DNA of 63,989 bases, counting the filler, from Dimargaris cristalligena (Eukaryota), in assembly GCA_003614675.1 (NCBI GenBank). It is 5 parts of 5 records of this genome, joined end to end, with 100 filler letters (N's around TTAATTAATTAA, not from the genome) between each part and the next. Parts side by side here need not be neighbours in the genome. Positions count along the whole stretch, not along the records: positions 40,222 to 53,484 come from ML002998.1; positions 53,585 to 63,989 come from ML003186.1; 3 more parts are not named here. One strand, written 5' to 3'. Below the pieces are notes generated by a model. That model had not been told where the DNA came from and searched no databases. It worked only from the letters and a program-made list of their open reading frames with translations. Below are positions 49,713 through 60,146 of this stretch, piece by piece. Numbering within the stretch: the stretch's first letter is position 1; each line of letters starts with the position of its first letter. Both the position numbers and the translations under genes were made by a program.

Positions 49713-51119
49713 ATCCGTTTCAAACTTATATCTTATTTTGATAACCAGGAACAACGGCAACTATCGGCGGTCTGTCGCTCCCTACGTCCTTTCGTGACCG
49801 CGGCGTATCACCTTGAGATCTTCGTCGTAGGCAACCTGCCTCCCTACAATAACCGAGGTCGCGCTTTCCTTCGCCTCCGCCCATCTATCCGCTACCTTCA
49901 CATTGCCCTCGGTAGGAAGTTTCCGGTGAAGGGGCTTACTTGCGCTCGCATTTTCTTTCTTGAAAACCCAAAAGTTAACCATGTCAATTTTATATTGGAA
50001 AGTGTAGCGCAGTGGTTGACCGTAATCCGCTGTTTAGAGTACTTTCCCCGCCCATTGCGAAAACCATCAGTATATTTTAGGAACCTCAGAGACCCACACG
50101 ACTCAGCCAACGAAGAACAAGGGCTAACCGACTCCCTTCGGGCACGTTTGGGCCACGTGCGATCGCTCCGCCTAGATGCTTCAGGGGAGTCTTCGGATGA
50201 TCCCTTCTATACTGAATTTTTGCGTCCGTTTACGGGTCTCCGGCGGCTAACGCTCAACATATGTACACCCAGTGAACCCTTATGCCAACTGATTACCCGC
50301 CAATTTGGCCACCTCACCCACTTGCACTTGGATGGTGTAATGTGGAACACTTCTATCCTAATTGATCCTCGCCCACCAGCGTTCCACCCACTGGTGTACC
50401 TTAGCGTGGAGGTCAGCCAGACCTCAAATGTCTTTGGGGTGCTAGAAAATATGGTGTCGACGGACTACCCCCACTTGACCGACTTGGCCATTACCTCTTT
50501 TACAAACCCTAACCCGGAGCCCCTTTTCCATCAGGCACTCATATTCCGTGTTTTCAAACAACCTTGGCCACAAATTTCTTCCCTTTCAATTACTCTCTTC
50601 CATGTCCCCATAGGCACGGCCGAACTCGCCCCCATCGGTTTGTTTATTGTTCGGAATTTTCCCAACCTCCGTGGCCTGTCATTACAGGGGCTTCATCATC
50701 CAGCGGCCACATATGCACATATTATCTCCAAATGCACCAAGCTAAAGTCGGTTTTTATTTGGCGAGCGGGTTCACAACTATTGAGTCAGCTATCTGAGCA
50801 GCATTTTTACAGTCCTACTATAAGTTTTTTTGGTAGTAAATGTATAGATTACAGCGGGCAGGCATTACAGCACCTGGTTTCCCAACTGCCGAATCTCCAG
50901 GAGCTGGATTGTTGTCTACCAACTATGGAACTTGAACAGCAATTTGTAAGGGAGTATCCCCATATTATCTTCCAACGTCAACTCTACGTGGGTTCAATAC
51001 TGAGTAGTCGAAATAAACGATCTAAAATCTTGAACTCTCCAATAAGGGGGTGCCAAATGCCCATCATTGAAAGGCACTGTAAGTTAAAATTCAATAGGTC
51101 ACGAGAGTCAACAAATTAA
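49713..51119 (+). CDS. F-box / RNI-like leucine-rich-repeat protein (start unresolved)
   Basis: The frame is open from 49713 with F-box-like IRFKLISYFDNQEQRQLSAVCRSLR. LRR-like units: VRSLRL, LRRLTL, LTHLHL, FPNLRGLSL, CTKLKSV, LPNLQELD. Confidence 0.7.
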   Translation: MRFKLISYFDNQEQRQLSAVCRSLRPFVTAAYHLEIFVVGNLPPYNNRGRAFLRLRPSIRYLHIALGRKFPVKGLTCARIFFLENPKVNHVNFILESVAQWLTVIRCLEYFPRPLRKPSVYFRNLRDPHDSANEEQGLTDSLRARLGHVRSLRLDASGESSDDPFYTEFLRPFTGLRRLTLNICTPSEPLCQLITRQFGHLTHLHLDGVMWNTSILIDPRPPAFHPLVYLSVEVSQTSNVFGVLENMVSTDYPHLTDLAITSFTNPNPEPLFHQALIFRVFKQPWPQISSLSITLFHVPIGTAELAPIGLFIVRNFPNLRGLSLQGLHHPAATYAHIISKCTKLKSVFIWRAGSQLLSQLSEQHFYSPTISFFGSKCIDYSGQALQHLVSQLPNLQELDCCLPTMELEQQFVREYPHIIFQRQLYVGSILSSRNKRSKILNSPIRGCQMPIIERHCKLKFNRSRESTN

Positions 51120-52046
51120 ATGACGTAAAGAGTGAGGGACCAGGCCAAGTAGTTGGTGGAATTGCCACCAGTAATTCAGAGGATGGCCAATCGACATCTC
51201 CCAGCCACACACACACGGTTACCCTGAACCAATGGGATATATCTGCGATGTACTGTTTTACTTGGCCCTTCTTCTCCGCTTCGCTGTAATGGGCCGGAAG
51301 GGGGTTATTAATTAATACATCAAGGGGAAACAGCAAGGGAAAAGGGATGTAACAAGCAAGTCTGGTGACCATGCCCCCCCCCATTATACCTTATGGAAAC
51401 CCCCTTTTGATATGGCCGAGAAGGACTTTCTCCATATTCGGCTTTACAAGCATCTCCTGCCTTAATGTAAAACATTGGACCTATCCCAATGGCAGAGAAG
51501 GGGGATCTCATATGTACGCACATGAAGGAAATCTGAGAGACAGCGTAAAGGAACGGCCATTATCTGGTGAATAGTAATGCTGATAAGAGGGGGTCATGCT
51601 GAACCAAGTAGAGTGGTGTATTTTTCGCAGGAAGAACTCTTTTGCACGGTTTCTTCTCAGCCATTAATTAATACCGTGTTCTCCCCCTTTAAACCTTACC
51701 ACCACCACCTAACTATCCAGCCTGGTTGGTCAGTCCGCCTCCCCTACTCTGCGTCTACTGCCGCTTTACTATTTCCCCCCCCCCACCTTTCCACTCTCAA
51801 GACTATGCTACTTTACGCATAGGTGGTGTTGCTCTACCACCCTGTAGTCTACTTGATCTCATACCCCATATTATTCTCTCTTCATTCCGACTTTATTCAG
51901 CCTCTATTTACTTCTCACCCATCTCCCATTTCGCCCTTTATTCTACTTGTATCTTTATCGTACTCTTCCTACTTCATTGGATAGCCGCCGAGTATCCCGC
52001 CCGCCCAACCCAGTGAACCACCTCTGTATCACCTCCACATTCTACA

Positions 52047-53484
52047 ATGGCTGATTTTGTCAGCTACCTCGATTCGGTCCTTGACCGTTTCCAGTCGGGC
52101 GACTACGAAAACGTCCTGACATCCGAATGTCCGGCCGGCAATCAAGTCAACCTGAACAATCGGGTGGACCAGTCTCTTAAGCGTCTACTGGCCCGCCAAC
52201 TCGAATTGCAGCGAGAGTTGGACCACTACCGTCGTCCTGACCCCCAGTCCCCTTCCCTGGAGTCACATTGCGCTGCTTCCTCGGGCATGCATACTCCTTA
52301 CGAGACCTGTATTAGCACGCCTTACTTCACGCCGTCCGCCGAGTCCCCGCGTAGAGACACCGCCTCCGCCTTGGTAGGCATCTCCCCCTCGAAAAGGTGC
52401 GACGATGCGTGGCCCACATGCAAGCCAATGCCCGAGGCCAGTCTGGTTCTGAATAGCACCGCCACAGTATCCTTCTGTGCGGTCTGCCTTCAACAGGCCA
52501 CCGAGTTGGTGTCTGCTGCTGGTCAAGGCGACTTTTCTCGCCGCGTCAATTGTTCACACTCCGCCCACCCCCCAGCTGTATCATCGTTTCTGCAGGGGCT
52601 CAATCATATGGCCGAGCGCTCCGAAAATGCCCTCCAGGTTGCTATTCGGACCACTGAACCTCTAATAATGACCGAATTCTGTCCGCCGACCCCCTTACCC
52701 AAGGCCAGTTCAGTGAATCGATTCGAAGAACTGCAGTCCCGATTGGAACTGGTTGTGACTTCCCACACCGCCCAGACCCAAGCCGTCACCAAGATTTGCA
52801 ATGCCGTATCTGACGGCGATCTCACCCAGAAATTCACCCTCCAGGTCACCAGCCAAGTATCCATCATGGGACTGGCCATCAACCAAATGGTGGAACGCCT
52901 CGGGCTTTTTTCGACCGAACTCAACCGCGTCACCCTCGAAGTCGGTATTGAAGGCGAACTCGGCTTCCAGGCTATGGTCCCTAACACCAAGGGCGTCTGG
53001 TACGATCTCACCGGCGACGTCAACACCATGGTCGAAAACCTGACCGCTCAGGTCCGTGACATTGCCACCGTCTGTAAGGCAGTGGCTAATGGCGACCTCA
53101 GTCGTAAAGTAACCGTCAACATCAAAGGGGAAATGGGCCAGATCAAAGAGTACTTTAACCAAATGGTCGACTCCTTGCGCGTCTTTGCCACCGAGGTTCA
53201 AAGGCTCACCTTGGACGTGGGTACCGAAGGCAAGCTCGGAGGGATTGCCCAAGTGCACGACGTCAGCGGCATTTGGAAGGACCTCACCGATCATGTCAAT
53301 ATTATGGCCGGTAATCTAACTGACCAAGTGAGAGACATCGCCTCCGTTTGCAAAGCCGTCGCGAAGGGCGACCTCAATCAAAAAATCGAGGTCAACGCCC
53401 GCGGTGAAATGGACGACATGAAGGTGACCATCAATACCATGGTGGACCAGCTCCGTATATTCGCCTCCGAGGTGACCCGTGTAG
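52047..53484 (+). CDS. Group III hybrid histidine kinase (Nik1/Os-1-like), N-terminal HAMP repeats; 3'-truncated
   Basis: Tandem ~92-aa repeats (EVGIEGELG...GVWYDLTGDVNTMVENLTAQVRDIATVCKAVANGDLSRKV; DVGTEGKLGG...GIWKDLTDHVNIMAGNLTDQVRDIA); the ORF runs into the spacer. Confidence 0.9.
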
Positions 53485-53584
53485 NNNNNNNNNNNNNNNN
53501 NNNNNNNNNNNNNNNNNNNNNNNNNNNNTTAATTAATTAANNNNNNNNNNNNNNNNNNNNNNNNNNNNNNNNNNNNNNNNNNNN
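53485..53584. other. Artificial contig-joining spacer
   Basis: N44-TTAATTAATTAA-N44. Confidence 0.98.
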
Positions 53585-56500
53585 GGTGGTGTCGTTTGGC
53601 TGGGGCTCCGCATCCGCAGGGTCCGCAAACAGCCGCTCCACCGGAATCTCCTTGAGTTCCGGTTTCTGGATAATAACCTTGCTGAATACCTGCTGGTCGG
53701 CCGTCTTTTTGATAAAATGGGCTACCCGGGGGTTCGTGGGTGAAATACTAGGGTGAATGGCCAGAGTCATTTGTAACGGCTGGCCCGAATCAACGGTGAC
53801 GGCGGTGGAGAGGACCTGTAACTTGCCTTCCGCTTCCAGGTTGCTGATCAGCCGTTTGATGGTCTTGATATCCGTTCGGTAAGGCGTGCCGCCGAATTTA
53901 ACACTTGACATTTGCTCAAACTCATTGGTCAAGGATCGGTTGATTAGCATGATTTTCTGCTTCTCTAGGATGTCCAATAGGACCTCGGTACGCATATTTG
54001 TATTGATGCCTGAAAGATGGTGGATCAGTGCGGTGATCGATGACAATAGTAAGCCCGAGTAAGAATTAGTATAGTGGATAACCAAAAGCCCGCCCTAGTT
54101 TTGAATAGACATGGGGGAGGAGCTGTAAAGCGAATACGCCGCCATTCCAGAGAAATAATGTAGACCAACCTAAAAATTAGAGTAAAAGACTTACCACGAC
54201 GAGTGAGCTTGGGTGTGGACGGTGCCGAATCCTTTCCGGCCCCTTGGTGGACACGAGACTTGCAGCTGCTAGAGCAGCACCACGTACTCAAAACCAACGA
54301 CGGCGCCGCAGCCCGTAGACAGGTGGCATGGAATCGAGCTCGGCAACCGGCGCAACGCACCTCATGCAGTTGAACTCCGACCATCTTACAGTTAGGGCAG
54401 CCCGCCTCGGTCAGCCGACAAAAGGCAAAGTCCAATTCATCCTGGTCAGTGGATGCGGCGGCAGTGGTGGTGGCTGATGTGATGGTGTCGGGACTTGAGA
54501 CATCAGCAGGGGTCGGGGACGCGGCCTGGGCCGACGCGAGTAGGACTGACCGTAGTTGAGCGTCGGTGGTCCTGTGGGTCCGCTTGGGCGCGGGGGTTCG
54601 GAGATGGTCAGAGGTATCCGCGTTTCGCTTCCGTGGGTTGGGGTTTATGACGATAACATCCTCGGATTCTGTTTCAATCATCGGTAGAGCTGGGAGTAAA
54701 GGACGAGTCCACAAGGGATGGGTGGGATCAGTTTCGGGTGATTCTATATTAAAGTGGCGAAAGCGTAGTCGACCGACGAATTCGAAGTTGCTTTTAATTT
54801 TGGCGCGGGGAAACAGGAGCGGATACCGACCGGTGGATCGCTCGCCCACCGTGGAAGAGGAAGTGCTGGGGCCTCGAGGGTTACTCGCCGCCATCAGCAA
54901 ATCCATGGCCCGCAGGATAAATTTAGGGGCCACCGTCGGGAAGGCTCGGTGAATATCATGGATACTGGCCCCCTCCAGAATTTGGCGGGCCAGGAGGGAG
55001 TATATTTGGGTCTCTAGGGGTAAAAGTGGAGACAGACCGAAGGACGGGCGAGAAGCCGTTTCACCGTCCGGCTCCGCCGATTCATCCGGACGAGGGAGGT
55101 CAGGGTTGGGGTTGGTAACCGCCCAGGGTAAGGCGTAGCCCGGGTAGAACAGTTGGTTCGGTTGGTTGAGGGAATGGTGGCAGGTCGGATTAGGAGCATC
55201 GCTTTCGCGGTCGGATCCCGGCCCCCTGTTCTCCATCGTCTGCCACTGAACTAAAGGTGGGTACTCCGGATCATCCAGTAATTCGGTGTTAAACCCTGGG
55301 TCACTCCGGTTAACTGGTAGTGCTTGGTGGCATTCTAGCATTTGGATCCGGGCGGTCCTCATTGGATGGTACTCGCGCAGGAGACGAATGCAAGTCACAG
55401 TTCGACGGCGTTGCGACTTAGATACCTTCGTTTTTTGTTGAGCCCCTTGGTAATGTCCCCCTTCGTCATCCTCGCTGTATTCAGCGCCACTACTTTCGAT
55501 AGTATCTGTGTCCTCTCCGGGACTTTCGAAGGACGGGTCATCGTCGGAATCGACAGGCGCGGTCCGCACGACCCGTTTCTGTGGAGTAACCCAAAGAGAC
55601 GACGGATCGTAGCCTTCCCCCGGCCGTTCTGGCTTAATGGGAAGGCTGTTGCCTTCAAAGTCATCGTGCAACCGGTCCATGTGAAAACTGGGCCGACCTC
55701 GCGCCCGGCGGGTCCGTTTCCGTCGCCGGGGGGTAGGCGATGCCAGTTCCAAACCAGCGCGCTCTTCCCGAGTCCGGGAATCCTCCGCAGGTAATATAGA
55801 GGCAGTATCATCATCACTCGGGTCATCCATATCGGAATTCGAATCCATGGGAAGCATAGATTCCGCAGGGATTTCCCCTTCGTGGGACACCAAATGGCAA
55901 GGTACTCGGATTTTCTCAATGAATTTCTTACTGACGAGCCACTGGATCAGGCGGTTGAGGCGCCTGAGTTCCGGGACTCGGCCCACTTTAATACCGAACA
56001 CTTGCTTGGCCTCCGCGAACAGCATGATCCGGTTGGGTCGAGTGGCCAAGGTGCTGGTGAGTCGGATCCGACCCGCTTCAACGTCGTAAAGGTTCGATGC
56101 CGGATTCGGCGGGGGGATGGTAACTGGGGCAGCCGCAGGGGTTGGGGCTGGGGCGGGTGGATCATTCGTTGGGGGAAGGTAGCCAATGTGGTAGCACGCA
56201 TTGGTGTTACACTTCCGGAAAATGACGGCCTGGCGCCGGACTAGGCCTTCCCGGACCAAGGTTCGGATGTAATGAAAGGTAGATCGGGCATCCGTACCAA
56301 GTTGCTGACTGATGTTGATCACGGCTAGTCCCTGCTGGCGCTCCCGGGCAATTAGTTGTAAAGCCGGGTAGCACAGGGACGATACGATGGGCGATTTGGA
56401 ATCCAATCCACCGAATAGGTGGGTAAATATTTCCGAATAGGATGCAACGACAAATAATTCAAAGTCACCCGGAGTCGTTGATTCTGCGGTAGTAAGCGAC

Positions 56501-57057
56501 CACCTGTAGAGGGTTTGAAAAAGGCTGGGCAATTGGGCCAGCCCAACGGTGGGGAATTCGCCCCATAGAGCGGCGCGCTCCGAAGGGGCAAGGGCCGCCA
56601 AGGTGTCCTTGTCGGTACTGTAGAGTAAAAAGGCGGGTTGGTCTCGGGCGAAATTCGGACCGGTGCCTTTTTTCATGTTGGGCCCCGTAGTCCCCGGTGC
56701 TCCTAGGAGGCAGGGCATGGGAATTAGGCGACGTTGGTCATTCGTGGAAGCAGCCATCAAGGATGGCGCAGGAAGTTTTGGGGCGGCGGCCTTCGAGGGC
56801 CGCACGATGAAATTGAGGTTCGGCAAATGGGGCAGCCAGCGCCAAATTAGTTGGCGAGTCGCTTGGTCAACAACGACCGGTTGGTTTTCCAAAGCCGGGT
56901 CTTCTCCGGGGGCCGGGGTGGTGGAGGAGGGCCCGGGAAGTGCTGGCCGAGGTTCAAAAGCCTGGGCGAACCGCCAAATGCGCTCAAGGGAACTACCCAG
57001 CTCGCCGTCCACGGCGATTTCTTTGGCGAGGTAGGCCAGGAGATCGTCCAACTGCAT
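53585..57057 (-). CDS. TFC3: TFIIIC B-block-binding subunit (tau138/Tfc3/Sfc3-like), 3'-truncated, with internal PHD-like finger
   Basis: N-terminal LDDLLAYLAKEIAVDGELG and B-block winged helix LQLIARERQQG...LGTDARSTFHYIRTLVREGLV. Intron 54194-54010 (GTAAGT...TTTCAG) joins in frame to GINTNMRTEVLL...DIKTIKRLISNLEAEGKL. Confidence 0.8.
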
Positions 57058-57928
57058 GCCTCGGATATCAATGCGCAAATGGAATTAAGAATAGGGTAGA
57101 ATAGGAATGGGAATGGAGGACATGTATGGTAAATGGGGCGTGGCAGGAAAAAGTGTAGGACTGATAAAAACAGGAGCTTGCCGTCAACTATTGGTGCTTT
57201 TTTCGGTCGCGTTACACTGGTGCGCGTTGGGTGGCAGGCTGGCTTCATAGACAATGTGGAGCAGAGGCTCTCCTCTCCCACCCCCTGTTACCTTTTTTTT
57301 TGGGGGGGGGGGAGCCTATAGAAAGTGAAACATTAATATTACTAGGTGAGGCGTTGTTATGGTTAAGGGGGTTCTTCGACGTTTGGGCTTAGCCAGATGC
57401 CGTGTGGCCCACTGCTCCAGTTTACGGATTTTGATGCAGTGACGGCAGCTGGTTCCTGGCGGGAATGCTTCTCCCGATATCGCATTGCTAGATACGTCCA
57501 TGGTGCATCTCTTGGGTAAACAGGAGCCCCTCGAAACTCTTTTTGATTAAGAAAGGAGTGTGTATGATTTAGATCAACCGCCCTTTAGACACGCTGGAAG
57601 CCTTCCGTACCAATTAAACAACCTTAACCAGAACACTTTTATTGGCGTGCGGACCCACACGTAATACGCGGGGGTTCCTCTAATGACCAATATCCTATGT
57701 TTTGGGTGTGCTATGGTGGTGTGGAAGGGTGATGGTGTCGGGGAATAATTTCAAGGAAGTTGATCAACCCTGGTTATATATGATGTATCCCGATTTCAGA
57801 TGCGTAATTGCTACATGCTCTTCTGGAGTTATCCTTATTAATCTATTGCTGATCGTTCTGGTTTGATACTAGGGCAGGGAATGGGCCTTGTAAACGGACT
57901 GAGAATACACCCAGCATGGAATGGAATG

Positions 57929-57936
57929 GTCACGTG
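57929..57936. promoter_or_regulatory. GTCACGTG (Cbf1-type E-box) in the divergent TFC3/eIF2-gamma intergenic region
   Basis: Exact RTCACGTG match between two divergently transcribed genes; single short motif. Confidence 0.25.
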
Positions 57937-58601
57937 CAGTATCCTGGCATAAGCTGGGCCATTTTTAGCGGGAGAGGGCTTTAGCGTGAAGGCATTGGCG
58001 GGCCATATAATAGTCCCACTTACACTATACTACATTACTAGTGGTAGTAGTTGTAGGCGGTGGTTGCGGGGAGTGGAGGGTTCTAGTGCGTCACATAACT
58101 GACACCTTGGCTGGCCACTTTCTCCTCGGGATAGATCTGGTGGCTGTTTTTTTGTACCCCGTCCAGCCGGTAGTTTCGATCACCTCTTCCGCCTTGGCTA
58201 TTGTGATTCCCCCGTCTCTTTATCGGTTTCTCATCTGCATTTCCTTTCTCCCTTTAGTAGTTTCTACATCCTTTCTTGTCCTTTTCCATTGGCGTTGTTT
58301 CAAGGTACCTGGTCCGGCTGTGAACCCTAAACTATGTATACTCTCCGTAGAGATCCCCCAAGCCCGATCTTCCGCACACGGGTCGCAGGGATGGTTCCTG
58401 CCCGCTAAACAGCCGAAGCTCCCCCAGGCTTCACTGTCATCAGCCGGAAGCGGCCCTCTTCCCCGGCTTTGCTTACTCGGAGAACATTCTTCCCCCCTAC
58501 TAACCCTATCCCCGCTGTGTTCATCCTAACCTCCCCTGGCCCCGGCCCATCGCTACGTGTGATTATACCCCCCTTTCTAGACTATACCCCCCTCTTATAA
58601 T

Positions 58602-60146
58602 ATGTCGGCCACTGAATCCACACCCATCGAGCCCGTCAACATCGACGTGGCCTCCCTACACCCACTGCACCCCGACGTTATGTCCCGTCAAGCTACCATC
58701 AATATCGGTAGGTCAAGCTCCTCCTATTATAGAATTCTATTATTTGTTACCCCCCACACCATAGCCAAGGCCCCGTGAATCTATATTTCGGGGTCCGCCT
58801 GTCCTGCTGTATCCCGTGACTTACAACTCACGCCTATTTCGTTGATTCCATATTTCCCTTGTTTTTCCCCAGGTACCATCGGTCACGTAGCCCACGGTAA
58901 ATCGACTGTGGTGAAGGCCATTTCCGGCGTGCAGACTGTGCGGTTTAAGAACGAACTGGAACGTAACATTACCATTAAATTGGGTTACGCCAACGCCAAG
59001 GTCTTCAAGTGCGATAACGAAGAGTGCCCCCGCCCCGGCTGCTACCGGTCGTACCGCAGTGACAAGGAAGGTGACTTCCCCTGCGAGCGGGTTGGATGCA
59101 TGGGTCGTATGCAGCTGCTCCGTCACGTCTCCTTTGTCGATTGTCCCGGGCACGACATTCTGATGGCCACTATGTTGAACGGTGCTGCTGTCATGGACGC
59201 CGCTCTTTTACTCATCGCCGCCAACGAATCCTGCCCCCAGCCCCAGACCAGCGAGCACTTGGCCGCTGTCGAAATCATGCAGCTGGAGCACATTATTATC
59301 CTGCAGAACAAGGTGGATCTGATCAAGGAATCCGCCGCTCTGGAGCACCATACCAGCATCAAACAGTTCGTGGAAGGTACCATCGCCAGCAAGGCCCCCA
59401 TTGTGCCCATTTCCGCCCAGCTCAAATACAACATCGACGCCGTGAACGAGTACATTGTCAAGAACATTCCCATTCCCGTCCGCGATTTTTCTTCCGACCC
59501 CCGTCTCATTGTCATTCGGAGTTTCGACGTGAATAAGCCCGGTGTGGAGGTTGACGATTTGACCGGGGGAGTTGCTGGTGGCAGTATTCTGATGGGTGTG
59601 CTCAAACTCGGGGACGAAATCGAAGTGCGGCCCGGTATTGTGACCAAGGACAACGAAGGCAAATTGCACTGCAAGCCCATTTTCTCGCGGATCGTGACCT
59701 TGAACACCGAGCACAACTCCCTGAAATTCGCCGTCCCCGGTGGTCTGATTGGTGTGGGTACCCTCATCGACCCTACCCTATGCCGTGCCGATCGTTTGGT
59801 GGGCCAAGTTCTCGGCTCGGTGGGCCGTCTTCCCGATATCTACACTGATTTGGAAATCAACTACTTCTTGCTCCGCCGTCTTCTGGGTGTGAAAACCGAG
59901 GACAAGAAGCAGGCCAAGGTGGCTAAACTGGCCAAGAACGAAGTGCTCATGATTAACATCGGGTCCACTTCCGTCGGTGGCCGGGTGATGAGTGTGAAGA
60001 ACGATATGGCCAAGGTGCTATTGACTAGCCCCGCTTGTACCGAAATCAACGAGAAGATCGCTCTGAGCCGACGTATCGATAAGCACTGGCGTCTCATCGG
60101 TTGGGCCCGTATCGTTCGTGGCTCTACTATCCAACCCGACCAGTAA
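58602..60146 (+). CDS. GCD11: Translation initiation factor eIF2 gamma subunit (2 coding exons)
   Basis: Exons 58602-58707 and 58873-60146. Spliced [58 protein letters not shown]. Confidence 0.98.

Noticed and set aside
57895..57945. TPP-riboswitch-like CTGAGAATACACCC
   Set aside because: Lacks the downstream ACCTGAT and GNTAATNCC...CG core; no thiamine gene nearby
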